Assembly (NCBI GenBank): GCA_943325195.2
Contig: CALPON020000001.1
Location: forward strand, 1 to 57,774
Direction: 5' to 3'
DNA from: Sphingobacterium thalpophilum
Lineage (GTDB): Bacteria; Bacteroidota; Bacteroidia; B-17B0; Aurantibacillaceae
Length of the DNA stretch: 57,774 bases
In this document: piece after piece, positions 9,355 through 18,783 of the stretch
How positions within the stretch are numbered: the stretch's first letter is position 1
Layout of the letters: each line of letters begins with the position of its first letter
Translations under genes and position numbers: made by a program
Notes under the pieces: model-generated
What the model was told of the DNA's origin: nothing
The model's database searches: none
The model's input: the letters and a program-made list of their open reading frames with translations, nothing else

Positions 9355-12300
9355 TTAGCGCATGAGCACAATTTTGCCAAATTCTTTAGTAAAATAGCTA
9401 TCAGCGCCTGAACTGTTCAAATCCATCTTATCGCCATTAAGACGCGTGATGACGCGGTAGAGGTATACTCCGTTTGCGAGACGATCTCCAAAATAATCAC
9501 GTCCATCCCAAGCATAGTCTGTGATATTTCTCCCAATGTGCAGTGCGCCGAGCTCTGACCGCGTAATTTCACGAACCACCTTGCCAGTGATGGTCATGAT
9601 TTGGATAGTAAAGACTTCAGGAATTTCACTACCCGTTAGGGTAAATACAAAGCGCGTGCTGGTGGTAAAGGGATTGGGGTAATTCATAACTTGCGTCATA
9701 CCTGGATGCGTATTGATTTCAAACTGCACACTGTAGGCATTGCTCCCCGCGAGGTTACTGCTGCGATCTCGGGCCTGCACCGTTAATTGGTAAATCCCGT
9801 CTTTTTGAAATGCAGGTTGGTAACGAATAATAGCACTGTTTTTTGGTAACTGAGCGGGTGTAAACTCCAATATGTTTGCAAAGTAGAGTCGTTCTTTTTG
9901 GGCCTGACCTGGCGCGGTCAGCCACACAGTGAAATTAGAGGTGTCATTGAGTACTAGAAATTTATTTTCGTCCTTCAAGGTGATTAAAATGTTCGGCTTA
10001 GCGGATACCAAATCACCGTTCAAAATTCGGACCCCGTCAAAAGTTACATCGAGTAGGGGATTCGTTTGATCTTTATTGACTTTAAAATCGAATTTGGCGG
10101 TGTTATTAAAAAATTCCTGCTCGTATTGATAACGTTTATGACCGGGCGCATTCACTTGCATCCACAGCTGGTTCTTTCCCGGTAGTTCATAACTGCTGAC
10201 CTGCAAGGTGTCCATATAAACGTCGCCTCTTTTCAGTGGCAGGCGGATATAACGGTCTGGCAGGCTGGTCCTGTTCCGCTGATTATCTTCCAGCCAGTAA
10301 CTGCAAACGAGACTATCTCTGAAATCACGGCTGCTAATGTTTTCGATTGGCACTTTGAACCTCACCAGATCGCCCTCCTGCAAAGAGTCTTTCAGCGAGG
10401 CGAAGCCTTTCAGGGGATTGATGGCGCATTCGGGTGCGTCCTCAAAATAGACCCGCCAGTATTTTAATTGTGGGGAGGTCTTAAAGCGGTTATCTTTCAT
10501 CAGGGCCACCAATTGCAAGTAGGGATAGCGCTCCGCATCCACAATTTGTCCCAGTGTTTCTAAATCCGTACTTTCCTGTGAGAGACTGTGGAGCGTATCT
10601 ATTTTCCCATCGTAACGAATTCCGACGATTTTTAAAATTGTGCTGTCGCCTGGCTTATTATCTAGCGATTGGACTTGCCAGTGTAAACTCGTCCACTTGG
10701 ATGAAGGTCCGATGCGGGGCGAGGCCACAAAGCCATTCCGCCAGGCAGTCGTAATGGTATCGACGAGATAGATAATACTGCGTTTATTTGTGCCAATGAC
10801 TTCTTGGGCTTGACCCGGGCTACTACCTTTTTTTCCAAAAAAAGTGTAAGGTAGACTGTCAGCGGTAGTCCGCATTTTTGAAACACCCAGCGATTCAAAA
10901 GCGGTATAAAGACCATTCGGATAGGAAGTGTAATTGGCGTAAGGTGACTGATAGGGGGTCGAGTAAGCCAGCACATAATTATTCTTCGGAATCAGATTAA
11001 TAAAATTTTCAAGCTTCTTCTTCCAGCTATTGACTAGGGAGGTATCATTACAATCCCCGATGGTACCAAAAGAATAAACCCAGCGGTCACCACTACTACA
11101 ATTATTATACTGACCTGCGTTGTTAAAAGGATTATTGGTCTGGACAGCCCTCCAAGGTTTGCCACTGGCAGAATCAAAGACAGCCAAATTCCAGCCGTTG
11201 AACATGGGCGACCATTGGTCTAGAATTAAATTATTATAATACGAGTTGATATATTCCAGAGCGATGTTAGGCCAGACGCCGACGCGGGTGCTGACGCTAT
11301 ATTTTGTATTTTGAAAAATAAAGCGACGCTCCTTTTTTTGATAGCGAACAAACTGATAACCATTTCCTGAGAATTGATGGAAGTGCGACTGGGACCAACC
11401 TGATTTATCGGACAAGGTCTGAAACGAACTGTTTTTCCAGGCAAAGCCTTTTTCGGGGGACAAGGAGTCGCGGCTCACGCGCCAGAAATAAACGGTGCTG
11501 TCCTTTAGTGTCAAAGGCGTCGTCCATTCCACCACACCACCCTTAGTTGTGATCACCGTCTGGCTGAGCGGCGCATTAAATAAATCACTGGTATCCACCT
11601 GGAAAATATAGCTGGTCAGTGGCGAAAAAGGATCACTGGTACTTGCTTTCAATGTGATTTTGTTGGTTTTTGGAAGCAAGGCAAAACGTGGAGGAATAAC
11701 TGGCAGAATATCCCCGCCAGGTACAAATAGATTGACTGAGCCTTCCGTAGCGTTATTTGCTTCGTCACTCTCTGGAATGCGCCGCTGATCATCCAGCATG
11801 AACGTGAAGCGATTGAGTCCGATACCCCGATCAAAGTCTAAAAATAAATTCAGACGCAGGGTGTCTTGATAAAGTGTGGCTTTGATTTTTTTCCGGAGGG
11901 ACAAAGAATCATTATTGGGAAAATAACGTGTAATCCTCACGCTGAGTGAATCGTGAATTGCCTTGCCGGGATTACGAATGGCAATGATGACCCCAATGGA
12001 GTCTGTATATTTCTTGAGGTCAAATGAAATCTGATTGTTTTTTATTTGATAATCTGGCTGACTCCCTACCGAAATTACAATTGCTGGATCGGCATGCAGA
12101 CACATTTCCAATCCAACAATTGGTGTTAAGCGATCGCCAGCCAGACTGTTAAGACGACAGGCTTCCTGCACTACTTCACCGATTGTCTGGCCATAGTGAC
12201 TGCCGCTGATGGCACGGTAAAACCCTCGGGTAAAATGATCAAGTCCCAGATCAAACCCATACGAACTGGTGGCAATAAAGCCAATACTGCCTCTTTTTTT

Positions 12301-14388
12301 GATGGTCACAAAACGTTCGCTGACGCTTTTGCTGTTAAAGACAAAAATATTGCCTGAGTAACAGGAATTGGCAATGATAAATGGGTACCTGGCGGCGTTG
12401 TTATATTGATTGGGATCATCAATGGCTTGATCAAATCCCTGTTCCGAGCCATGACCGAAGAAATTTAAAATACTGGCACCAGTGTCAATGGCACGTCGAA
12501 TACTATCACTAATCTGCGTCTGCACCGGTGCCGTTGTGTTTTTTATAAACGTGATGACCTGTGCTCCATACAAGGTGTCGCTGATGGTTTCGGCATAAGC
12601 ATCCATAAAGACTTTTAGCCGCGCATTTAGATTTTCATCGTCTCCGCCGACAAAATGGAGCACCTTTTTTTTCCATTCTGCTTTCCCACTACTTTCATGA
12701 TCCTGCACTTTTTCGAGATAATCCAGAACTTCCTGATTAGTAAGCGCCGCAAGTCTGCCGATTGGGATCTGCGGATAAAAATAATCTGTGTTATCTAATG
12801 CGGCGGTTAGCAAGTGATCGCTGCTTGGCACACCCATGGTGGGAATCAGATTCTGTGATTGTTTACCAGCATTCAAATCAATCTGTTTGATGCCCTTGCC
12901 AATCAAAAAAAGGCCAGCGGGTGCACTGCCTAAACTGTCTTTTAGAAAACGAGCAAACTGACGAATGGCCAATGGATGTTTGTTAACACCGTAGCCGAAT
13001 TGCTCATAAAGGTGGTTGATGTTGGCAAGCAAAACTTCGTAATTTCCACCAGCGATACTGCTTCTGTAGGAGGCATATTGTTGAACGGAGCTGTTCAAGT
13101 CGGGATGATAAATAATGACGTAGGGTCGGCGCGAGGTGTTGGTTTTGACTTTCACAAAACTGCCGTTACCGTTGACCGGCTGTAGATTGGTAATTTTCGT
13201 AACCGCCTGCTCTGCGCAAATGAAAGTCCAGGCATCGCTACCGCTGGTAGTGACAACAGCGCGGATCATGGAGCCGTTCAAAACTGTTTTCAGTTTTTTG
13301 CCATTGCGCAAATCATAGAGCAGGGGGGGAAGGGCTGTCGGATTAAATAGGTTGGAGAAATTATAAAAGCTTTTTGCAGCGCCGACATTGCTGATTGCCT
13401 TTATACGGTATGAGGCTTGACCATTGAGATTGAGCGACTGGGGAACTTCTGCTCGAATATAATGCAACATGGTCTGATTCGAAAAGGTATAGTTGGGTAC
13501 AGCGACACTTTGCACACTAAAATTTCCGGAAGAGAACAGCTGACCTGCCGATAAGCTATACTCTTTCATGACCGGTGCATAGCCATATATACTGGTGTCC
13601 AGCAGTGTCACCGGCGCATTTCCTGCTCCTGCGTAAAGCAGACGAATCTGGTGATCAGGATAAAAGTTTGCCTGCCGGCTGAAGCCACTCAACACATAGC
13701 GCACTTTAACCGGCAGAGCAGGGTTGACACTGGCTAATTGTAAATTAAAATTGCTGCCGGCGCTGGTGCCTTTACCAAAATAGGAGCCCCTTCCTTCTGC
13801 CTGTGTATAATTGGGATCGCTGACTGTTTCATCAAACAAGTCGTCAGCATTATAACCATTGAATGAAATAGAACCAGTGCCATTAAAATTGGTGGCTACC
13901 TTTTCTGTGTAAAAATAGCTGGCCGCCCAGGCTCCGGCTGAACTGGTGTCCTGATCAAGCGTGTAGCGCAGCACAGGACCAGAGGGTTTCAGTGTCAGGA
14001 ATCCGTAAATAGTATCATTGAAGAGCGGGCGGTAGGGATTAGGAAGGTATCGGATGTCTTTTCGATAGATGAGTGAATCCAGCTCCCCCGGCAGAGGGTT
14101 GGCATAAAATTCAACATAGTCTCCTGCATTGATGCGCCCATCGTTTTCTCCGGAAATGTAGAGACGCACTTCTTTTCCTTTTAAAAACAGTTGGATCGTG
14201 CGTGGATCAGTAACCGATAAATCAAAGCCCCGTGCCAGGGTTATGGAATCCAACCTGTAAATACCTTCTGTTAAGAGCGGGAATTTATAATACTTCTGGC
14301 CATAATTTATCCATTCCATGCCATAGCGCTGAGCAAACATGGGGGTCAGGAAAGTACAGGCAAGGAGAAAAAGATAAAGTCTTTTCAA
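9355..14388 (-). CDS. C25 family cysteine peptidase, PorU-like T9SS sortase (PorU2-type)
   Basis: Signal peptide (MFA-Q). EGIYRL and DYVEFYA N-terminal motifs, LFLIGKG, IPIGRL, catalytic FFGHGS and IANSCYSG (His/Cys dyad), Ig/CARDB-like domains, and C-terminal NYPNPF...LANGVYLYRV. TTG start overlaps the upstream stop. Confidence 0.85.
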   Translation of the reverse strand: MKRLYLFLLACTFLTPMFAQRYGMEWINYGQKYYKFPLLTEGIYRLDSITLARGFDLSVTDPRTIQLFLKGKEVRLYISGENDGRINAGDYVEFYANPLPGELDSLIYRKDIRYLPNPYRPLFNDTIYGFLTLKPSGPVLRYTLDQDTSSAGAWAASYFYTEKVATNFNGTGSISFNGYNADDLFDETVSDPNYTQAEGRGSYFGKGTSAGSNFNLQLASVNPALPVKVRYVLSGFSRQANFYPDHQIRLLYAGAGNAPVTLLDTSIYGYAPVMKEYSLSAGQLFSSGNFSVQSVAVPNYTFSNQTMLHYIRAEVPQSLNLNGQASYRIKAISNVGAAKSFYNFSNLFNPTALPPLLYDLRNGKKLKTVLNGSMIRAVVTTSGSDAWTFICAEQAVTKITNLQPVNGNGSFVKVKTNTSRRPYVIIYHPDLNSSVQQYASYRSSIAGGNYEVLLANINHLYEQFGYGVNKHPLAIRQFARFLKDSLGSAPAGLFLIGKGIKQIDLNAGKQSQNLIPTMGVPSSDHLLTAALDNTDYFYPQIPIGRLAALTNQEVLDYLEKVQDHESSGKAEWKKKVLHFVGGDDENLNARLKVFMDAYAETISDTLYGAQVITFIKNTTAPVQTQISDSIRRAIDTGASILNFFGHGSEQGFDQAIDDPNQYNNAARYPFIIANSCYSGNIFVFNSKSVSERFVTIKKRGSIGFIATSSYGFDLGLDHFTRGFYRAISGSHYGQTIGEVVQEACRLNSLAGDRLTPIVGLEMCLHADPAIVISVGSQPDYQIKNNQISFDLKKYTDSIGVIIAIRNPGKAIHDSLSVRITRYFPNNDSLSLRKKIKATLYQDTLRLNLFLDFDRGIGLNRFTFMLDDQRRIPESDEANNATEGSVNLFVPGGDILPVIPPRFALLPKTNKITLKASTSDPFSPLTSYIFQVDTSDLFNAPLSQTVITTKGGVVEWTTPLTLKDSTVYFWRVSRDSLSPEKGFAWKNSSFQTLSDKSGWSQSHFHQFSGNGYQFVRYQKKERRFIFQNTKYSVSTRVGVWPNIALEYINSYYNNLILDQWSPMFNGWNLAVFDSASGKPWRAVQTNNPFNNAGQYNNCSSGDRWVYSFGTIGDCNDTSLVNSWKKKLENFINLIPKNNYVLAYSTPYQSPYANYTSYPNGLYTAFESLGVSKMRTTADSLPYTFFGKKGSSPGQAQEVIGTNKRSIIYLVDTITTAWRNGFVASPRIGPSSKWTSLHWQVQSLDNKPGDSTILKIVGIRYDGKIDTLHSLSQESTDLETLGQIVDAERYPYLQLVALMKDNRFKTSPQLKYWRVYFEDAPECAINPLKGFASLKDSLQEGDLVRFKVPIENISSRDFRDSLVCSYWLEDNQRNRTSLPDRYIRLPLKRGDVYMDTLQVSSYELPGKNQLWMQVNAPGHKRYQYEQEFFNNTAKFDFKVNKDQTNPLLDVTFDGVRILNGDLVSAKPNILITLKDENKFLVLNDTSNFTVWLTAPGQAQKERLYFANILEFTPAQLPKNSAIIRYQPAFQKDGIYQLTVQARDRSSNLAGSNAYSVQFEINTHPGMTQVMNYPNPFTTSTRFVFTLTGSEIPEVFTIQIMTITGKVVREITRSELGALHIGRNITDYAWDGRDYFGDRLANGVYLYRVITRLNGDKMDLNSSGADSYFTKEFGKIVLMR

Positions 14389-15470
14389 ATTGTCTTTTTC
14401 TTGTTACTGATGTCGATTTTAAGGGTAAAAATGTTGGAGTATAAAGAAGCACTATTATCACCGATATCTGTCAGTGCATAGTCTAGTGAAATAATTTTGT
14501 AGCGGACACCAAGGCCAAAATTTGGCTGGACAGTGGTCACATACAAGGTGGCTCTATCATTTAATTCCTTTTGGATATTCCCGAGGCCTCCACGCAAATA
14601 GATCAAACCTTTATAACCGATTTCCATCCCAAAAGCAGGCTCTCCGCTCCAGGTTCCGGTCTGTATAACGGTGTTTCGCTTACCGTCGAAGGTATTGATG
14701 AGATCTACCTCTGCCAGCAGACTGATTTGTTTTTTCCAGATGGAGATACTTTTTGAAAGGCCCATAATCAAACGGGGCGCTGTAATTTCAAGCGAAGAAG
14801 TAGGTATTTCATTTCCGGTTTGAATCAGGGTGGCAATTTGTTTCTGATCCAGATTGTAGCTCCATGCGTTGTAGGTTCCAGTAATATCTCTGGCCATGGC
14901 AGCCATTTTCCAGCCGTTTTTCGAATAAGTCGCACCCAGATCCAGTCCAAATCCCCAAGCGCCAGCAAAGTCACCCAGACGGCGACGAATAATTTTGAAA
15001 TTCCCCCCCAGGTCAATTCCTTTTAAAGCAGGCAATTTTCTAGCATAGGAGAGCAGGGCTGCAAAATCCACTGCATTAAACTGTTTAATACGGTTATAAT
15101 CGACATTGCCATTGGCATCGACCAAATCTAGTGTGTTTGGAATGTTATCCACGCCAAATCGTAGCAGACTGATGCCAGCGGAACTCAGGGAATCAATCTT
15201 TCGCGAGGCTCCAATAAAATCGTACTTGGCAATGCCTGCAAAGTATTCAGCATGCATCAATCCAATCTCAATATCGTTTTTCTGTTGCAGCAGTCCGGAG
15301 GGATTCCAGTAACCACTGTATACGCCCTCTGCTGAAGCCACATTGGCATTACCCATGCCCAATGCACGGGCGCCGACTCCTATGTTGAGAAATTCATTGC
15401 TGTACTTGCGTCCCTGAGACCAAGCACTTGCAGCTAATAAGCAGAGGAACAAAGAAAGGTTTTGGAGCAT
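14385..15470 (-). CDS. PorV/PorQ family T9SS outer-membrane barrel (PorV2-type)
   Basis: KYSNEFLNIGVGARALGMG and YWNPSGL motifs typical of PorV/FadL-like barrels, plus GFGLDLG and LDYA. Coupled to the PorU-like gene. Confidence 0.85.
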   Translation of the reverse strand: MLQNLSLFLCLLAASAWSQGRKYSNEFLNIGVGARALGMGNANVASAEGVYSGYWNPSGLLQQKNDIEIGLMHAEYFAGIAKYDFIGASRKIDSLSSAGISLLRFGVDNIPNTLDLVDANGNVDYNRIKQFNAVDFAALLSYARKLPALKGIDLGGNFKIIRRRLGDFAGAWGFGLDLGATYSKNGWKMAAMARDITGTYNAWSYNLDQKQIATLIQTGNEIPTSSLEITAPRLIMGLSKSISIWKKQISLLAEVDLINTFDGKRNTVIQTGTWSGEPAFGMEIGYKGLIYLRGGLGNIQKELNDRATLYVTTVQPNFGLGVRYKIISLDYALTDIGDNSASLYSNIFTLKIDISNKKKTI

Positions 15471-15532
15471 ATCTGAAATACTAATGTAGGATAAATTTTC
15501 GATTTCTCAGGGTTACCCTACTAACGTATTTT

Positions 15533-17035
15533 TCATTTTTTTATTGCTTCAGCACTTGAACTGCTCCGACCGCGTCTGTTTCTTGGGAAGAAAAGCAGGG
15601 CCGACAGGGGAATAAATACGGCGGCGGGTGCACGGTACCTGAATATAGCGCCGCTATTGGGTGCTGTAATACCAGTCAAAAGGCTGATCGCCAGCGCAAA
15701 ACTTACAAAGATTAAACCAAAGAACCTCCCTTTGCGTTTCTTCCGGAATTGAAAAATAATCATCAATAAACTGAAGAGCAGAATTAGATTTTCGAAAGAG
15801 GCCAACAGGAGAAAAAACCCGTTGAATGGAAAAAAGAGGGGATAAAACAAGGCATGGTACAGAGCAGAAAACACGAGTGCGAAAGGATTGCTTTTGTTCA
15901 GTTGAATAGTTGAACCGGCGGGCGGCAGGTAATAGACTAAGTCATATGTTGCTTTGTTGGCCATATCGGCCGTGGCATAAAGGGTATCAAAGGACCGGTT
16001 GGGTTTCCAGTACATGTAATTGGTGCCTGGCCGAATAAAATATTTTTTTTCCGGGCCCGCCTGTCTCACTATTAAATGCGTATCAGCCGGCAGCTGGAGA
16101 TAATGATAGCCGTCACTTAAAAAAACACCACCGTGACTAACTGCCTCGAAGCGCCTCTGGTGCTGGAGGGCAGCCTCCCCAAGGCTTCTGTTTTTGAAAT
16201 GAAGCGACACACTATTTGCGGCTTGGCCAGCACAAAGTAGGAGTGTGAGAAAGAGGATGGACTGGTACCGGAAGCGAAAGCGCCCCCGCAGGATAAAATA
16301 AATCGCAGTAAAAAGGAAAAAACTCAGCAATAAATAGGGCTTTAAAAAGAGACTTAGTAGTAAGGCGGGTAGCAGCCAACAGATGCCTTGCCATTGTTTT
16401 TCGGTGACAGTCGAGAGTCCCTTTGCAGCGGCGCCCATGACCAGCAAACAAATGCCCTCTTTCAGCAGTGCCCCGGAGTAAAACCAGAGGGAGGGAAAAA
16501 GGCAGAGGAGGAGAAGAAAATTAAGTTCTTGTTTTTTGAACACATGGCGGAAAGCAACAAAGAGCCACCAGATGCCGATACAGGAAAAGAGACAGCTAAA
16601 AAGCGCATGTACCAGGTAAGAATCAAAAGTAAAAACATCCAGCAGGGCATGGATGCGAATGACCACCCGATTATCATTATAAAAAAAATCCTTCACCGTG
16701 CCATTGTCCCAGTTTTTTGTCGCTTTCAAAAACTGCTCATAGTCGGCACTTCCTTCCTGGTCGTTCTGCTGTCCAATGATTAGCCGCCAAAAAAATGAAC
16801 GATCTCCTGCTGCAATGACCTTCACATCGTGATAAAATTTTCCAGTGTCTAGATTTTCAATTCCCCCGTACCGTTGCTCGTAAATCCAATAAAAGACCGG
16901 TACGGCGGCAATTTTCAGAAGAAACAAGAGTAAAAGGAATTTTGGATGCAGTGTTCCTGCTTTTTTTATAAGTTGTTTTCGGCCTAACCAGATAAGACCT
17001 GCAAAAAAAAGTGTATAGAGGATAAAGTAAATCAT
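15533..17035 (-). CDS. Polytopic membrane protein, probable GT-C-like glycosyltransferase or polymerase
   Basis: About 11-12 TMs, LDTGKFY after TM2, PSLWFYSGALLKEG, LKPY and GAIFRYR motifs. ATGA overlap with arfB. Confidence 0.55.
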   Translation of the reverse strand: MIYFILYTLFFAGLIWLGRKQLIKKAGTLHPKFLLLLFLLKIAAVPVFYWIYEQRYGGIENLDTGKFYHDVKVIAAGDRSFFWRLIIGQQNDQEGSADYEQFLKATKNWDNGTVKDFFYNDNRVVIRIHALLDVFTFDSYLVHALFSCLFSCIGIWWLFVAFRHVFKKQELNFLLLLCLFPSLWFYSGALLKEGICLLVMGAAAKGLSTVTEKQWQGICWLLPALLLSLFLKPYLLLSFFLFTAIYFILRGRFRFRYQSILFLTLLLCAGQAANSVSLHFKNRSLGEAALQHQRRFEAVSHGGVFLSDGYHYLQLPADTHLIVRQAGPEKKYFIRPGTNYMYWKPNRSFDTLYATADMANKATYDLVYYLPPAGSTIQLNKSNPFALVFSALYHALFYPLFFPFNGFFLLLASFENLILLFSLLMIIFQFRKKRKGRFFGLIFVSFALAISLLTGITAPNSGAIFRYRAPAAVFIPLSALLFFPRNRRGRSSSSAEAIKK

Positions 17036-17439
17036 TTATCCGGCCGGCGACGCAATAGTTTTGTTTCGGACCGGCGTTTTTTTGTTTCCGTTTTCCGTCG
17101 GAGCGAAGAACGGGTAGGACGGGTGGGTGTTCTTTTCTTCTGGACTTTTAAATATTTCTGAAGCAGGGTGACGAGTTTACGCTGCACATCGAGTTTGTTT
17201 TCTAGTTGAGAACGATGTTTTTCAGAACTGATGCGAATCCATTCCCCGTCTTCGCGAATTCTTGAAAGAATGGTGCTTTTCTGAATTTCATCCAGCACCT
17301 GAGAAGCCGCCACATGAAAAGAAATCTCCACTTTGCTCTCTACTTTATTAACGTTTTGTCCCCCCTTACCACCGGAGCGGGCAGTGCGGTATAGCAATTC
17401 GGACTTCAGTATTTTCTCTGCCTGTTCAACTGTTAACAT
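17032..17439 (-). CDS. arfB: Alternative ribosome rescue peptidyl-tRNA hydrolase ArfB
   Basis: RSGGKGGQNVNKVESKV (GGQ motif), RSQLEN, and basic tail KRTPTRPTRSS...K..RSETKLLR. Confidence 0.93.
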   Translation of the reverse strand: MLTVEQAEKILKSELLYRTARSGGKGGQNVNKVESKVEISFHVAASQVLDEIQKSTILSRIREDGEWIRISSEKHRSQLENKLDVQRKLVTLLQKYLKVQKKRTPTRPTRSSLRRKTETKKRRSETKLLRRRPDK

Positions 17440-17505
17440 TGCGCAATGGATAAAGCGTTTTCAAAAGACTAAGATAGTAAGGCTGGCGCTCTTATCTTTA
17501 CACTT

Positions 17506-18783
17506 GTGAAAAAGTTTTGCATTTTCCTTTGCCTCCTCGCTTTGCAGTTAACAGCGCAAACCATTGCTGAATGCCGCGAACGCTTTAATCGCTACCTAAA
17601 CTTTCGCGGTTCTCTTACGCAGCAGGTTAGGTTTGATGAAAAGTCCATCACATTGCTCTCTCATGCGAAGCCAGAGCTGGTGCTTTATGAGGAGGAGTTA
17701 CCAGCCCTTAGTGCTTTTTTGCAATCCGCTTCCCTCAAGGCACAGGAAGCGCTGTTGCGTCAAAAAGGTACAAGAAAATTAAAACCATCAACGCTGGATA
17801 GTCTATTAAAACTCAGTTCACAGCCGCCGTTGGCCTACAAAGCAGCTGATCCCCTGCCTTTAAAAGGATACCGGATTGCACTAGATCCTGGTCATTCTGC
17901 GATTACTCTGGCAGAGGCACAACTGGAACAAAAGTTTCTCTATTTTGCAAAACCGGATAACAGCGGCGATTCGGTTCGTCTTTTCGAAAGCTTTCTCACC
18001 TTTAATACGGCTTCCATCTTAAAAAAAATGCTAGAAGAAAAAGGCGCAACTGTGATGTTAACGCGGCAGGCAGCTGACCAGACCTCTTTTGGCTGCACGC
18101 TGAGTGAGTGGATGCGAAAAGATAAAAAACGCTGTCTGGATAGTCTTCACCGCGCAGGCTCCCTATCTACCGGCAAATATCAGCAACTACTTAAAGCGAC
18201 AGATTACAACGTTTTCTGGGATTTTTTTAGAGATTTTGATTTGGCACACCGGGCCAGCTTGGTTAACGAATTTGCTCCCCATGTGACCTTAATTATACAT
18301 TACAATGTGGACGAAAAAAATGTGCCCTGGAATAAATACACTTCCAAAAATTTCACGATGGCCTTTATTGGAGGCGCGTTTACAGCTGATAATTTATCGC
18401 GGACAGAAGGACGGGTGAATTTTGTTCGCCTGCTGGTGAGTCCCCAGTTAAACCTTTCAGAGCGACTGGCTTCTGAAACTGTTGGCCAATTTAAGAAACA
18501 CTTGGCTATTGCTGTGGCCCGATCCACAGACGCAGATTATTTGAAGAACAATTGCCTCAGCACTTCTAGCCCCGGTGTCTTTTGCAGAAACCTGGCTTTA
18601 TGCCGCAAGATTAATTCTCCTCTTGTCTATGGCGAGAGTCTTTACCAAGATAATATCCGAGAATCAGCTTTGTTGATGGGGACAGAATTGGATCTTAATG
18701 GCTTGACCACCAATGCCAGATTGCAGCAAGTGGCCACTAGTTATTATGAGGGCTTGCTTGCATTTCTGAAGAGTAGACCTTAG
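17506..18783 (+). CDS. N-acetylmuramoyl-L-alanine amidase (Amidase_3) with an N-terminal extension
   Basis: Signal peptide, LKGYRIALDPGH, FE, GATVMLTR, LAHRASLVN, IIHYN and YGE (Zn ligands and catalytic Glu). Confidence 0.82.
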   Translation: MKKFCIFLCLLALQLTAQTIAECRERFNRYLNFRGSLTQQVRFDEKSITLLSHAKPELVLYEEELPALSAFLQSASLKAQEALLRQKGTRKLKPSTLDSLLKLSSQPPLAYKAADPLPLKGYRIALDPGHSAITLAEAQLEQKFLYFAKPDNSGDSVRLFESFLTFNTASILKKMLEEKGATVMLTRQAADQTSFGCTLSEWMRKDKKRCLDSLHRAGSLSTGKYQQLLKATDYNVFWDFFRDFDLAHRASLVNEFAPHVTLIIHYNVDEKNVPWNKYTSKNFTMAFIGGAFTADNLSRTEGRVNFVRLLVSPQLNLSERLASETVGQFKKHLAIAVARSTDADYLKNNCLSTSSPGVFCRNLALCRKINSPLVYGESLYQDNIRESALLMGTELDLNGLTTNARLQQVATSYYEGLLAFLKSRP

